Program-made: the position numbers and the translations under genes
Shown: positions 109,443 to 121,682 of the stretch, one piece after another
How the letters are laid out: each line of letters begins with the position of its first letter
How positions within the stretch are numbered: the first letter of the stretch is position 1
The notes under the pieces: generated by a model
Database searches by the model: none
Told to the model about the DNA's origin: nothing
Seen by the model: only the letters and a program-made list of their open reading frames with translations
Origin: Hyalangium minutum
GTDB lineage: Bacteria > Myxococcota > Myxococcia > Myxococcales > Myxococcaceae
Assembly (NCBI RefSeq): GCF_000737315.1
Contig: NZ_JMCB01000005.1
Coordinates: forward strand, 20,001 to 144,000
Direction of reading: 5' to 3'
DNA length: 124,000 bases

Positions 109443-110063
109443 TTAGCGAGGTGCGGCGAGGAACGGGAACGCGGTGTGGGAGTGGATGTTGCCATCCCCG
109501 TCGGCGTTGATGCCGTCTGTCACGCCGGTGAGCACCCCGGCGGCGAGCACCGAGAAGCTCGTGTCGATCACGTCGTAGTTGGGAGCGCGGCCGCCGCAGT
109601 CGTTATTGGGGACGACGTTGACGGCATTGGCCTCGACGGCCAGGTACTGGCCACACGTGGTAGAGGCGGTGTTGACGTAGAGCTGGTCTTCCGCCAGCAC
109701 TCCGGCCAGGGTGTTGTAGCGCCCGGCGGCGTCCGTCGGGCCCGCCAGCAGCTGGTTGCCGCATTGGGCGTCCAACCCGTCGAGGATGGACAGGCTGGAG
109801 GCGATGTTGGCGGAGTAGCCGGACCAACTGGCCTGCAGCGAGACGTTGTAGCTGTCCTTGGCGGCGTTCGTGGTGTTGGCGTCCGCTTCGAACGTGCCGA
109901 TGAGGGCGGCGTTGATGGCCGGCCGCCCCATCCGATCGATCAGCGTCCCCAGCGTTGGCACCGGAGGCGGCTGGTTGTCCGGAGGCTCCTCGTCATCATC
110001 CTTGCACGCCGCAAGAGGCATCAGCAGGCTCGCGTAGAGAGCCATCTTCAGGATTCGCTTCAT
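109443..110063 (-). CDS. Lipoprotein matching the C-terminal half of DUF4331
   Basis: LAAC lipobox; IDRMGRPAIN, GGR...DVID, FPFLAAP. Confidence 0.78.
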   Translation of the reverse strand: MKRILKMALYASLLMPLAACKDDDEEPPDNQPPPVPTLGTLIDRMGRPAINAALIGTFEADANTTNAAKDSYNVSLQASWSGYSANIASSLSILDGLDAQCGNQLLAGPTDAAGRYNTLAGVLAEDQLYVNTASTTCGQYLAVEANAVNVVPNNDCGGRAPNYDVIDTSFSVLAAGVLTGVTDGINADGDGNIHSHTAFPFLAAPR

Positions 110064-110075
110064 GGTGGCTCTCCG

Positions 110076-110777
110076 TTAGCGGCGGTGAGTGCTGGCCCAG
110101 ACGCCCAGGATGGGACCGCCGGGAGTGACGAGGCTCTTGTCGACCTGGACCACGATGGCCAGGGTGTTCGTGCCGGCGAAGGTGTCCGTCGGCGCGGCGC
110201 CGTTCGCGCCCGTTCTGAGCTGGGTGACGAGCGTGTTGGACGTGGCCGAGTCCAGCTTCGGGCAGCCCGCCGTGTCGAAGGTGAGTGACGAGGCCGCGCT
110301 CTTCACCGCGCCGACCGTGGCCGCGAAGCCGGGGATGTTGAAGAAGAACGGATCATTCCGCAGGCCCGCGAATACCTTCAGCTTGCCGCTCGTGCTGGAG
110401 AGGCCCTGGGCCGCGTCCGCCTTGCCGGTGACGTACTCGCTGTCGCCCGCCCAGCAGCTGATCGTCTGCTGTGCGTCGAAGCCGCAGATGATGCGGACCT
110501 CGGTGGAGGCCGTCGCGGTGAAGGTCTGCTTGGAGTTGAGGTGGAAGACGTAGAGGACGGCGTCCGAGGGCAGGGTGCCTGTGGGAGCCGCCGGGTTGAA
110601 GGTCATCACCAGGTTGACCTTCTGCCCGCCCGAGTCCGTCCAGGCATACAAGTCATTGATGTCCGCGTCCTTGTTCGAGGTGGCGGACGGGCCATCCCGG
110701 TGGTCCGCGGCTTGCGCGGTGGGGAGCAGCGCGAACAGCGCTAGCAACCCGGTGAGTTGCAGGGAGAGTCGTTTCAT
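110076..110777 (-). CDS. Secreted protein matching the N-terminal half of DUF4331
   Basis: AADHRDGP, DINDLYAW, VFAGLRNDPFFF. Confidence 0.8.
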   Translation of the reverse strand: MKRLSLQLTGLLALFALLPTAQAADHRDGPSATSNKDADINDLYAWTDSGGQKVNLVMTFNPAAPTGTLPSDAVLYVFHLNSKQTFTATASTEVRIICGFDAQQTISCWAGDSEYVTGKADAAQGLSSTSGKLKVFAGLRNDPFFFNIPGFAATVGAVKSAASSLTFDTAGCPKLDSATSNTLVTQLRTGANGAAPTDTFAGTNTLAIVVQVDKSLVTPGGPILGVWASTHRR

Positions 110778-111064
110778 CGAGGGTCCTTTCGACTTCGGGT
110801 ACAGAACGGCGGGGCGAGGTACGGAACAGACCCCGGATCTGGATCTCCGAAATCGACGCGGCGCCCTCAGCGAAGTGCATCCGGGCAAGCAGGGGGGCCG
110901 CAGAAGGCCCTGTGATTTCAGCCGCTTGGCAGGCACCCAAAAAAGAATATTCGCCGTGTCGATCTCGCGGTTCCTGGTTCGACGCATCCATAGGAGCCGG
111001 AGTTCAGTGGGCCGAAGCCCTCGGGACGCCTGCTCCCCACCCGCAGTTCCAGAGAGGGCAAACC

Positions 111065-111487
111065 ATGCGCTTCATGATGCTGATGATTCCCAAGGGGTAC
111101 GAGAAGGCCGCGCCGGGCACGATGCCAGACGCCACGGCCGTTGCCGCGATGATGAAGTACAACGAGTCCCTGCAGAAGGCCGGCGTGCTGCTCGCGCTCG
111201 ATGGCCTGCACCCGCCCTCCATGGGCGCGCGCATCTCGTTCTCGGGGGGCAAGCCCAAGGTGACCGATGGGCCCTTCGCCGAGACCAAGGAAGTGCTCGG
111301 CGGCTACTGGATGATCCAGGTGAAGTCCAAGGAAGAGGCCATCGAGTGGGCGTCGCGCTGCCCTGCTTCGGACAACGAGGTGATCGAGCTTCGCCAGGTG
111401 CAGGAGTTCGCGGACTTCCCCACGGATGTTCAGCAGGAACTGGGGAAGTTTTCCGATCACTCCATCCTGAAGATGAACGCGTCGTAG
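111065..111487 (+). CDS. YciI-family protein
   Basis: TDGPFAETKEVLGGYW. Confidence 0.9.
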   Translation: MRFMMLMIPKGYEKAAPGTMPDATAVAAMMKYNESLQKAGVLLALDGLHPPSMGARISFSGGKPKVTDGPFAETKEVLGGYWMIQVKSKEEAIEWASRCPASDNEVIELRQVQEFADFPTDVQQELGKFSDHSILKMNAS

Positions 111488-112884
111488 TTGCGGGGCAGGG
111501 AGGGTTCAACCTTCCCGGTGCCGAAATCCACCGGCATGGAGAACGAACCGGCCAGCGTGACGTCACCGTGCCGGGTGACAGACAGAGCGGACATGGGCGC
111601 GCCGTCCGAGCTGAAGGTGCGTACCCTCTGCTGGTGACCCTGCCCCCACGTGAACCGGCTGACAACCGAGTAGAGGCTGCTCGTGGAAGGCAGCGGTCCC
111701 GTGCCCACGTCATCGCTCGGAAACGCGTAGCCGAGCACCGTCATGCCGTCCTCCTGGGCCGAGTCCACCTGCATGACGCTTCCACCGAGCGTCTGTCCCC
111801 ACCGGTCCCCTCCATTCCGCGTCATCGCGAGCACCAGACCGCTGCTGCCTACAGGGCGTGCGGTGAAGGTGTGCCCGCCGAACTTGAAACGGCCGCGGAA
111901 CTCCCCCGTCACGACGACGCGGTTGCCATGCACCGCGACATCATGGAACTTCGTCATGTCCGTCATTCCCTCCAGCGTGCGGGACCAGACATGCCCGCCG
112001 GATGGGGTGTAGCGGGCGACCACGGCCGTCTCGCCGCCAAAGGGGGACCCCGGGTGCAGCGGGCCGCCGCCGAAGTCGGACTCCGCCGTGAAGTAGCCTG
112101 CGACATGGATGAAGTTGTGCTCGTCGGTGGTCACGGCCCAGAAGACACTGGTGTCCGGCGTGTCGAAGACGCGATCCACCACATATGCGCCGTCCCGTGT
112201 GTACTTCACGAAGAAGGCGCCCTCGACCGAGGCCGAGCGCGGGCCACCGCCGAAATCCGCTGTCCCTGACATGGAGCCCGCCAGGAGGATGTTGTCGTCG
112301 CCGTCCACGGTCAGCCCGGAGGCGAAGCCAAAGTACCCCTGCAGGTGGCGCGCCCAGCGAACAGTCCCGTCATGGGAAAATTGCGCGAGGAAAAAGCCGG
112401 GCCCCACCGAGACTCCTCCGAAATCCGCCCCGAGCTCGGCATATCCGTACACGGTGATGTTGCGCTGGCGGTCGACCGTGACATTGCCGAACTCCGTCTC
112501 GGGGAACTCGGAGCCCGCCGGCGCACCGTAGCCGTGGGCCCAGAGCAGCTGGCCATTTCGCGCATATTTCACGATGAAGGCGCGAGGGCGCGACGTGTCC
112601 TCCTCCGGCGGCAGCGGGCCGCTTCCGAAGTCCGGCGATCCCTGGTAGTTGCCGACCAGGATGCTGGCGTCATCCCTGTCCGTCGCGAGCCTTCCCGCGA
112701 AGACGTTTCCCTCCAGGGTCGCGGCGCTGCGGCGCAGCCAGCGCGTGTGCCAGCCGCGGTTCACCTGCTGCTCCACGTGGGCCAGCGGAGCGTCCAACTC
112801 GGACACCTCCGAGACACTCGGGCCACACGCTCCCCACAGCGTGGCCCACGAAAGCAGCAACTTCCAGGCGCGCCTGCTCGACAT
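111457..112884 (-). CDS. Lipoprotein with beta-propeller repeats
   Basis: WGAC lipobox; repeated G..G..DFGGG...F..KY...G...W. Confidence 0.8.
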   Translation of the reverse strand: MSSRRAWKLLLSWATLWGACGPSVSEVSELDAPLAHVEQQVNRGWHTRWLRRSAATLEGNVFAGRLATDRDDASILVGNYQGSPDFGSGPLPPEEDTSRPRAFIVKYARNGQLLWAHGYGAPAGSEFPETEFGNVTVDRQRNITVYGYAELGADFGGVSVGPGFFLAQFSHDGTVRWARHLQGYFGFASGLTVDGDDNILLAGSMSGTADFGGGPRSASVEGAFFVKYTRDGAYVVDRVFDTPDTSVFWAVTTDEHNFIHVAGYFTAESDFGGGPLHPGSPFGGETAVVARYTPSGGHVWSRTLEGMTDMTKFHDVAVHGNRVVVTGEFRGRFKFGGHTFTARPVGSSGLVLAMTRNGGDRWGQTLGGSVMQVDSAQEDGMTVLGYAFPSDDVGTGPLPSTSSLYSVVSRFTWGQGHQQRVRTFSSDGAPMSALSVTRHGDVTLAGSFSMPVDFGTGKVEPSLPRNYDAFIFRME

Positions 112885-113088
112885 GGTCTTCCCCCCTCGT
112901 GGAGACTCCTGCCAGCGCCAAGCCTGGCGGGGCGGAGCAGGGTCGCCATCAACGGCCGTCCTGTCTCTCGTTCGTCAGTTCATGGGGCTATCCAGCTCTC
113001 GACGCAGTTCCGCGCCCACACTCTGGGGGCAGGGCTGTGAGTCCGCGCGTAGGATGGTGGGCCCTACGAAGCTCAGAGGTTCATCTCG

Positions 113089-114564
113089 ATGCTCAAGCCC
113101 GTTACGCTCTTGCTTCTTCTCGCCTCCCCGGCACTGGCCCGGCAGGTGAATGTCTCCTCGGTGTCCCAGCTCCAGTCGGCCCTCGCGGGTGCGCAAGCCG
113201 GGGATGAAATCATCCTCGCGGACGGCACCTATGCGGTGAACGCCAACCTGAGCTGCACGGCGAGTGGGACAGCTCAGGCCCCCATCGTCGTACGCGCGCA
113301 GAACCGGCTGGGCGCGAGCGTCCGCTTCAATGCGACGGAGGGCTTCAAGGTCTCCGGCGCCTATTGGACCTTCGACGGGCTCGACGTCCAGGGCGTCTGC
113401 GCAAGCGACAGTAACTGTGAGCACGCCTTCCACGTCACGGGCCGCGCCGAGAACTTCGTCTTGCGCAACAGCCGGGTGCGCGACTTCAACGCACAGCTCA
113501 AGGTGAATGCCTCCCAGAACGGAGCCACGTGGGACATTCCCCACCGGGGACTCATCGAGCACAACGAGCTGGCCGACACCCGCTCTCGGGCGACTTCCAA
113601 TCCGGTGACGAAGCTCAACATCGATACAGGCGACAACTGGATCGTCCGCGACAACCTCATCCACGACTTCCACAAGAACGGCGGGGACTTCGTCTCCTAT
113701 GGCGCGTTCATGAAGAGCGGTGGCAACAACGGCGTGTTCGAGCGCAACCTCGTGCTGTGCACCCGGGATGTGACCACTGGCGGTACACGCATCGGGCTGT
113801 CCTTCGGAGGCGGCGGGACGGGCGGTGCCTTCTGCGCGCCGGCCTTCAATGCCAGTGTGCCGTGCGACCCCGAGCACACCGGTGGCACGATGCGCAACAA
113901 CGTCATCGCCAACTGCTCGGATGTCGGCATCTACCTGAACAAGGCCCGCTCCACGCAGGTGCTCTTCAATACCCTCATCTCCACTTCGGGCGTGGACTTC
114001 CGCTTTGCTTCGAGCACGGGCTCCGCGCACGGCAACGTGATGGCGGGGACTGTGCGTGGACGGGAGGGTGGCACGTTCGAGGCCGGCACCAACCTGCTCA
114101 ACGTGACTTCGGCCACCTTCTCCGGCTGGTACCAGGAGCCGCTGAAGGGAAACCTCACGGTTCGAGGGGACGTGTCCACCTTGATCGGCGCTGCGGCGGC
114201 CCGCGCGCAGGTGGTGGATGACTTCTGCGGCCGGCCCCGTCCGGCTCAGGGTGCGTACACGTTGGGAGCCCTGGAGCACTCGCTCGGGGACTGCTCGGGC
114301 GGGTCTACCGATGGGGGCAGCACCGCTCCTGACGCGGGTAGCGGCAACGGGGGCTTGGACGGAGGCTCGGACGGAGGCATCCCTTCGCCTGGCGACGCGG
114401 GAGTGGGCAACGACGGGGGAGCGGGCGCGGAGAGCCCCCCCGATGAGGAGGCAGCCGGTGGATGCGGCTGCTCCTCGAACTCGGGGGTGAACGCCACGCT
114501 CCTGCTCATGGCGCTGGGGCTTCTGGCGCTCTCCAGCCACCGGCGCTCACTCGGCCGGAAGTAG
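113089..114564 (+). CDS. Right-handed beta-helix protein (polysaccharide-lyase-like) with MYXO-CTERM
   Basis: AQAGDEIILADGTY, parallel beta-helix repeats, GCGC-hydrophobic-RR end. Confidence 0.8.
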   Translation: MLKPVTLLLLLASPALARQVNVSSVSQLQSALAGAQAGDEIILADGTYAVNANLSCTASGTAQAPIVVRAQNRLGASVRFNATEGFKVSGAYWTFDGLDVQGVCASDSNCEHAFHVTGRAENFVLRNSRVRDFNAQLKVNASQNGATWDIPHRGLIEHNELADTRSRATSNPVTKLNIDTGDNWIVRDNLIHDFHKNGGDFVSYGAFMKSGGNNGVFERNLVLCTRDVTTGGTRIGLSFGGGGTGGAFCAPAFNASVPCDPEHTGGTMRNNVIANCSDVGIYLNKARSTQVLFNTLISTSGVDFRFASSTGSAHGNVMAGTVRGREGGTFEAGTNLLNVTSATFSGWYQEPLKGNLTVRGDVSTLIGAAAARAQVVDDFCGRPRPAQGAYTLGALEHSLGDCSGGSTDGGSTAPDAGSGNGGLDGGSDGGIPSPGDAGVGNDGGAGAESPPDEEAAGGCGCSSNSGVNATLLLMALGLLALSSHRRSLGRK

Positions 114565-114581
114565 CTCCAGGAGGGAGGAAG

Positions 114582-116567
114582 CTACTGGCAGATCGCGCGC
114601 TCGCTCAGCGGGTTGATGTGGCCCTCGGCGTTGCCCGTCAGCGACAGGGCATAGATGCCACCGTCCCAGCTTCCATTGCTGAAGTCGATGCGCGCGGTGG
114701 GCGCCAGCACCGTGCCCCAGAAGCCGAAGCCGTGGGCCTGGATGCTCGTGGCGTCCACGAAGTTGTAGAGCACGCCGTTCTGATTGATGCCGCCGCTGAA
114801 CGAGGTGCCAAAGCCCGTGAAGGTGGCCGAGGCGCCCCGGATGTTGAGCACCGCCAGCGAGCCGGCGGGAGCATCGATGGACAGCAGCGCGGCGCCGGTG
114901 AAGGCACTGGCGTCCACATCGAAGAAGTTCATGTCCGGGGACGTGCCGTGCAGCAGGATGCCACCCCAGTTTGCGCGAGTCGTGGTGCCATTGGCCGGGT
115001 GACTGGCCAGTTGAGAGGACAGGTGACGCAACTCGGCGAAGCGGGCCGCGAAGTCGATGGGCGCGCCCAGAGCCGCGGCGCCGCGGGGGAAGACCACGGA
115101 GGGATTCGGGGTGTAGCTGCCCCCGTACCAGGCGTCGCCCCAGACACCGCCACGCGAGAGGTTCAGGCTGCCGCCCGCCACCAGCGTGTTTGCGGTGGCA
115201 CCGTCCGCCAGCCCCGAGCCCACCGCGAAGTCGGTCAGGGTGATGTTGCCGCCCGCCGCCACCTTGCCCTGCACGTCATGGCCCTGGCTGTAGTCCTCGA
115301 GCAGGAACAGGTTGTAGTCGCTCAGGTGGATGTTCGTGCCGTCGTCCACGGTGACGGTGAAGTTGCAGAACGCGGGAATGCCCCCGTTGTCCCTCGCGGA
115401 GCAGGTGACGGAGGTGGAGCCGCTCGGGAAGGAGCTCCCGGACTCGGACGAGCAGGTGATGGTGCCCGTGCCGCCGCAGTTGTCGCTGAAAGTGGGGGCG
115501 AAGGAGACCGAGCCGCCCTGCGTGCACGCGAGCTGGAGATCCGCCGGACACTGGAGCGTGGGCGGCGTGACATCCACCACGGTGACGGTGCCCGTGCACT
115601 GCGAGGAGTACCGGCCGTCGCTGACGATGAGGGTGACAGAGGTAGTGCCCAGCGGATAGGGGCCCGCCGGAGACTGCGTCAACTGGAGCGTGGAGCCGCT
115701 GAAGTCCGGGTCGTAACTGCCGCTGTCGATGGAGGCGGACGCGGTGCAGGCCGGGCCGGCGAGCTCAACGACATCGCGGCACGAGGCCTGGGGCGGCGTG
115801 TTCATGAAGCAGTGAGCGTTGCTCGGGCACCCATAGTAGACGCCCAGCAGTCCCTGTCCCGAGACGCTCTGGACGATGGACGTGTAGGGACTCCCAGGGT
115901 TCAGGACCGAGACCGAGTTGCCATTGCATGAATAGAGGGAGGGCACTCCCGAGACGAGGGAGTGCGCCGACATGCCACTGAAGTTGGCACACAGCCCGTT
116001 GTACGCAGGGGCGAGGCTCAGGCCGTAGACATTCAGGAACGGGTTCCAGAGGGCGGCCTCAGCGGAGGGGCCAACGCCCGTACCCGCGGCGATGTAGACG
116101 CCGCCGCCTTGCCCCACGTACTGGGTGAGCACGCTGAGGTCGACGGGATTTTCCGCGAGGAAGACGGCGTCGTACTGGAGCAGGTTGCTCAGGGTGAAGG
116201 GCACGCTGGTGGAAGTCGTCCAGGTGTGGCCCGCCTGGGTCATCACCGCAGCGAGGCTGCTCTCGCGAAGCCCGAAGTTGTTGGAATAGACGAGGAAGCG
116301 GCCGGGAGTTCCGCGGGTGAAGAAATGGGCCAGGTTCCGTGCGAAGGCCGCGGTGTTCGGGTTCGAATTGAACCCCGTGTTCGACAGGGTCCACTCGTCA
116401 TGACTGACGACGATCGTTCCCACACTGGAGTTGGACAGGGAATCCTCGCGCTGGCTCGGGACGGAGCTGGGGGCTTCGGGCTCTGGGGCCGGACCACACG
116501 CCCAGACGAGCGCACTCAGACACAGCCCTACCCATTGTGCACAAACCCCTCTCACGCTTCGCGTCAT
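114582..116567 (-). CDS. Lipoprotein with HYR/Ig and choice-of-anchor A domains
   Basis: WAC lipobox; DVTPPTLQCP HYR; YNLFLL.D....DVQGKVAAGG, NFVDA, GTVLAP. Confidence 0.82.
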   Translation of the reverse strand: MTRSVRGVCAQWVGLCLSALVWACGPAPEPEAPSSVPSQREDSLSNSSVGTIVVSHDEWTLSNTGFNSNPNTAAFARNLAHFFTRGTPGRFLVYSNNFGLRESSLAAVMTQAGHTWTTSTSVPFTLSNLLQYDAVFLAENPVDLSVLTQYVGQGGGVYIAAGTGVGPSAEAALWNPFLNVYGLSLAPAYNGLCANFSGMSAHSLVSGVPSLYSCNGNSVSVLNPGSPYTSIVQSVSGQGLLGVYYGCPSNAHCFMNTPPQASCRDVVELAGPACTASASIDSGSYDPDFSGSTLQLTQSPAGPYPLGTTSVTLIVSDGRYSSQCTGTVTVVDVTPPTLQCPADLQLACTQGGSVSFAPTFSDNCGGTGTITCSSESGSSFPSGSTSVTCSARDNGGIPAFCNFTVTVDDGTNIHLSDYNLFLLEDYSQGHDVQGKVAAGGNITLTDFAVGSGLADGATANTLVAGGSLNLSRGGVWGDAWYGGSYTPNPSVVFPRGAAALGAPIDFAARFAELRHLSSQLASHPANGTTTRANWGGILLHGTSPDMNFFDVDASAFTGAALLSIDAPAGSLAVLNIRGASATFTGFGTSFSGGINQNGVLYNFVDATSIQAHGFGFWGTVLAPTARIDFSNGSWDGGIYALSLTGNAEGHINPLSERAICQ

Positions 116568-117056
116568 GGTGATGTCTCCTCCAAAGGTGGTGGTGATGGC
116601 CGTCAGCAAGCTTCGAGCCAGACCAGGCCGAGTCCGCTTCTTACCTGGGATGGCTGTCACGCCGTGCCTGGAAGCGTGGGGAGAGGCCGCCGCCGACGCG
116701 TCGCCGACGTGTCGGGACATACCGACGCTGGGTGCTGACGCCATGCGGTGACGCATCAACGCCCAGCGATCATGGCAGTGCCTCTTCTGAGTAGGAGCGG
116801 ACTCGGCTCAAAGCAGAGGGCTGCGCTACATGGAAGCGGCGGCAGCGACGACGCGGCGCTCGCCTCGCTGCCTGGCCGAAGCAGAGCGGAGAGGCCTCTC
116901 CGACTGACAGGGTCGACTCCCTTCCGGCCGTGATGGCAAGGGCTCTGCGCAAGCCTTTGCCGCCGCTCCTGAAGTGACCAGCCTCACTTTGGGCAGTGTG
117001 AATCCCTGCGACGGAAGCGGCCCGGGCCTGGGCGCTCCGTCCGATGGAGGTGGGTC

Positions 117057-117878
117057 ATGGCAAGCGACCGCGCGCGGACTGTGTCTTCGGCGGGAAACTC
117101 CGAGGCGCTCCGGAAGTACTTGGCGGAGTTCATCGGAACCTTCGTTCTGGTCGTGGGAGGCGTGGGAGCAGCCGTTATCGCGGGAGACCGCATCGGCTTT
117201 CTCGGCATCGCTTTCGCATTCGGGCTGTCGCTGCTCGCCATGGTCTACACCGTGGGCCCCATCTCAGGCTGTCACATCAACCCCGCAGTCACGCTGGGGC
117301 TGCTGCTCGCCGGGAAGATGGAGCGGCGGCATGCCCCCGGCTACATCCTGGCGCAATGCGCGGGAGCTTTGCTGGCCTCGGGGGTCGTGCTCCTGTGGGC
117401 CCAGGGAGCCCCGGAGGGCTACTCGGCCGCGGCCCAGGGGCTGGGAGCCAACGGGTTTGGCGCCCACTCGCCGGGACAGTACGGGGCGGGCGCGGCCTTC
117501 CTGGCCGAGATCATCCTCACTTTCTTGCTGGTGCTCACGGTCCTGGGCGCAACGGACTCCCGGGCGCCCGTGGGCTTCGCAGGGTTGGCGATTGGTCTCG
117601 TCCTCACGCTGATCCACCTGGTGGGCATTCCCCTCACGAACACGTCGGTGAACCCGGCGCGCAGCCTGGGTCCCGCGGTGTTCGTGGGGGGCTGGGCGCT
117701 GGAGCAGCTCTGGCTCTTCATCGTGGCTCCGCTCCTGGGAGGAGGCCTGGCGGCGGCGGTATATCGCACGGTGCGGAGCCCGGTAGAGACGCTCACCGCA
117801 GCCCAAGCCGAGCGTTCCCTGGAGAGCGAGCGCGCCGAGCGCCTGGCTCACCGCCGTCCGACGGAGACCCTGCCGTGA
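117057..117878 (+). CDS. aqpZ: Aquaporin Z
   Basis: Two NPA motifs (HINPAVT, SVNPARS). Confidence 0.95.
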   Translation: MASDRARTVSSAGNSEALRKYLAEFIGTFVLVVGGVGAAVIAGDRIGFLGIAFAFGLSLLAMVYTVGPISGCHINPAVTLGLLLAGKMERRHAPGYILAQCAGALLASGVVLLWAQGAPEGYSAAAQGLGANGFGAHSPGQYGAGAAFLAEIILTFLLVLTVLGATDSRAPVGFAGLAIGLVLTLIHLVGIPLTNTSVNPARSLGPAVFVGGWALEQLWLFIVAPLLGGGLAAAVYRTVRSPVETLTAAQAERSLESERAERLAHRRPTETLP

Positions 117879-117962
117879 GCCCCCGCTGCTCTCTCTCGGG
117901 GGGAAGAGAGAGCCATCGTGGCGGCGCACGCAAAGTCCGCCGCCCCGTACGACGCTCGAAGC

Positions 117963-118166
117963 TCAGCAGCAGCGCCCGCCGCCCCTTCGATAGCGGGCCT
118001 GCATCCGCTCGTTGAAGAACTCCGCGTAGCTCATCACTGGCCGCTCCGGGTGGCGCAGGCGCATGTGCCGGACATAGGTGTCGTAGTCGGGCACGCCGAT
118101 GAGCAGCCGCGCTGTCTGCACGGCCCGGCGCCAGAGGTGTCCCAGCTCGTCTCGCAGCCGCTTCAT
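117963..118166 (-). CDS. YbdD/YjiX-family small protein
   Basis: GVPDYDTYVRH..HP, GRCC end; follows cstA. Confidence 0.9.
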   Translation of the reverse strand: MKRLRDELGHLWRRAVQTARLLIGVPDYDTYVRHMRLRHPERPVMSYAEFFNERMQARYRRGGGRCC

Positions 118167-118167
118167 C

Positions 118168-120249
<2,082 letters not shown>

Positions 120250-120353
120250 CGCGCGAAGGTTTCCCACGGGGTGGGAGCCCGTCAATCACAAGTTCCTCCC
120301 CAGGGAGCAGACCGTTGTCTGGGAGGCGACAGCCCTTCGACGCGAGTTATCGG

Positions 120354-120554
120354 TCACAGCAGCGGGGACTGGATGACGTAGTAAAGGGATTCAAAGTACC
120401 GGTTCAGCGCATTGAGCATCATCACCAGATAGGGCCAGCCCAACGTGCCAAAGCCCAGCAGGGCTGCTGAGAAAGCGACGTACTCCACGGTGGATTGACC
120501 GCGGCTCCCGGCGAGGGGCCGGGAGGGCTCAGGGCGAAGCGTCCTGCTCTTCAT
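120354..120554 (-). CDS. Flp/Tad pilin-like small protein
   Basis: RGQSTVEY prepilin site followed by a hydrophobic helix. Confidence 0.72.
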   Translation of the reverse strand: MKSRTLRPEPSRPLAGSRGQSTVEYVAFSAALLGFGTLGWPYLVMMLNALNRYFESLYYVIQSPLL

Positions 120555-120837
120555 GGTCGGTCCTTTGAGGGAACAGGCAGTCGTTCCGGCATTCCTGCTC
120601 GACCTGCCAGCAGGCTTTGCGGCACAAGGAGAGCCCGCTTCCCGCGTGCTCCTCGCAGATGTCGGCGCACTTCTCTCGAGCGCTCGTGCAATCTTCTTTG
120701 CAGACGGCTTCCGGTTCGCGGCGGACGGGCTTCCCATGCGCCATGCCGCTCGAGAGGAGCCACAGGCCCCCCAGCGCCATGCCGCGCAGCACCGTCCAGG
120801 CCGCGCGCCGCGGCTTTCGGGCAGAGTGATGCATCAT
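120529..120837 (-). CDS. Small secreted protein with four CxxxC motifs
   Basis: Signal-like N-terminus; C-x3-C-x6-C-x3-C-x10-C-x3-C-x6-C-x3-C; ATGA-coupled to the upstream gene. Confidence 0.62.
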   Translation of the reverse strand: MMHHSARKPRRAAWTVLRGMALGGLWLLSSGMAHGKPVRREPEAVCKEDCTSAREKCADICEEHAGSGLSLCRKACWQVEQECRNDCLFPQRTDHEEQDASP

Positions 120838-121682
120838 TGCACCTGCTCCTGTGCGTCCAGCGTCAGCAGCACCAGGGCTCCTGGGCTCGAGGGCTTCACC
120901 AGGGCGGAAATCCGGTGAGCCCCTCGGCTTGCCATGAGGTGAGTGCCTTCGGTGGACTGCTCCACCTCCTGCACGGTCCAGCCCTGGTTCCCAAAAGTCG
121001 CTCGGTAGAAGGAGGCCAGCTCCGCCGCTCGCAGGTGAGGAACGTCCGCTTGGACGGAGTACCGCACCCGCCCCTCCTCGTGGAAGGTGAGCACCACGGG
121101 GGGAGAGGCTCCTTCGGGCATGGGCAGCTCCTGGGGCAGGGGCGTCTGGCCTTCCAGGAAGGAGTCCACCTGGCCACTCGACACGAAGACCAGCGTCTCG
121201 CCTCCTTGCGCGAGCACCGACACGAGGTGCGTCTCCTGGGTGGCGGGGTTCACATGCCCCACGTAGCCCGCGTTCGGGTTGTACCAGTGCTGCATGGCAG
121301 GCAGCCCTGCGTCGAGGATCGCCTGGTGGTAGAAGCCAAGCACCTGATCCGGTGTGTCTGACGTCGCGAACCACGCCACGGCGATGGGGGAGCCGGGGGC
121401 CAGATAGTCGGCTGCCATCGCGCGGGGCACGGCCCGAGGGTAAGGAGGTAGCTCCGAGGTCGCGCGCCGGATCACCTGCCGTTCGGACTCCGAGAAGGTG
121501 CCGGGGCCTCGAGGGGAACGCGGCAAGTCCGACTCTGGTGCGTCGTTCTCCACCTCTGCGTCGAACCGCTCCTCACCCGAGGCGCCACTCATCTCCCAGC
121601 CCGTTCCGATGAGCGCGCCGATGACCGCCACACAGAACAGCAGCAGGCTGCCTCGCAGCCAGGGGGACACGGTGTTGGACAT
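120834..121682 (-). CDS. Membrane-anchored hypothetical protein in the Tad locus
   Basis: N-terminal TM, two similar alpha/beta modules; start overlaps the stop of the tadE-like gene. Confidence 0.7.
   Translation of the reverse strand: MSNTVSPWLRGSLLLFCVAVIGALIGTGWEMSGASGEERFDAEVENDAPESDLPRSPRGPGTFSESERQVIRRATSELPPYPRAVPRAMAADYLAPGSPIAVAWFATSDTPDQVLGFYHQAILDAGLPAMQHWYNPNAGYVGHVNPATQETHLVSVLAQGGETLVFVSSGQVDSFLEGQTPLPQELPMPEGASPPVVLTFHEEGRVRYSVQADVPHLRAAELASFYRATFGNQGWTVQEVEQSTEGTHLMASRGAHRISALVKPSSPGALVLLTLDAQEQVQ

Noticed and set aside
116860-116960. Structured RNA upstream of aqpZ (GCAGAGC...GCTCTGC stem)
   Set aside because: Stems of this length arise by chance at this GC content; no known riboswitch motif.
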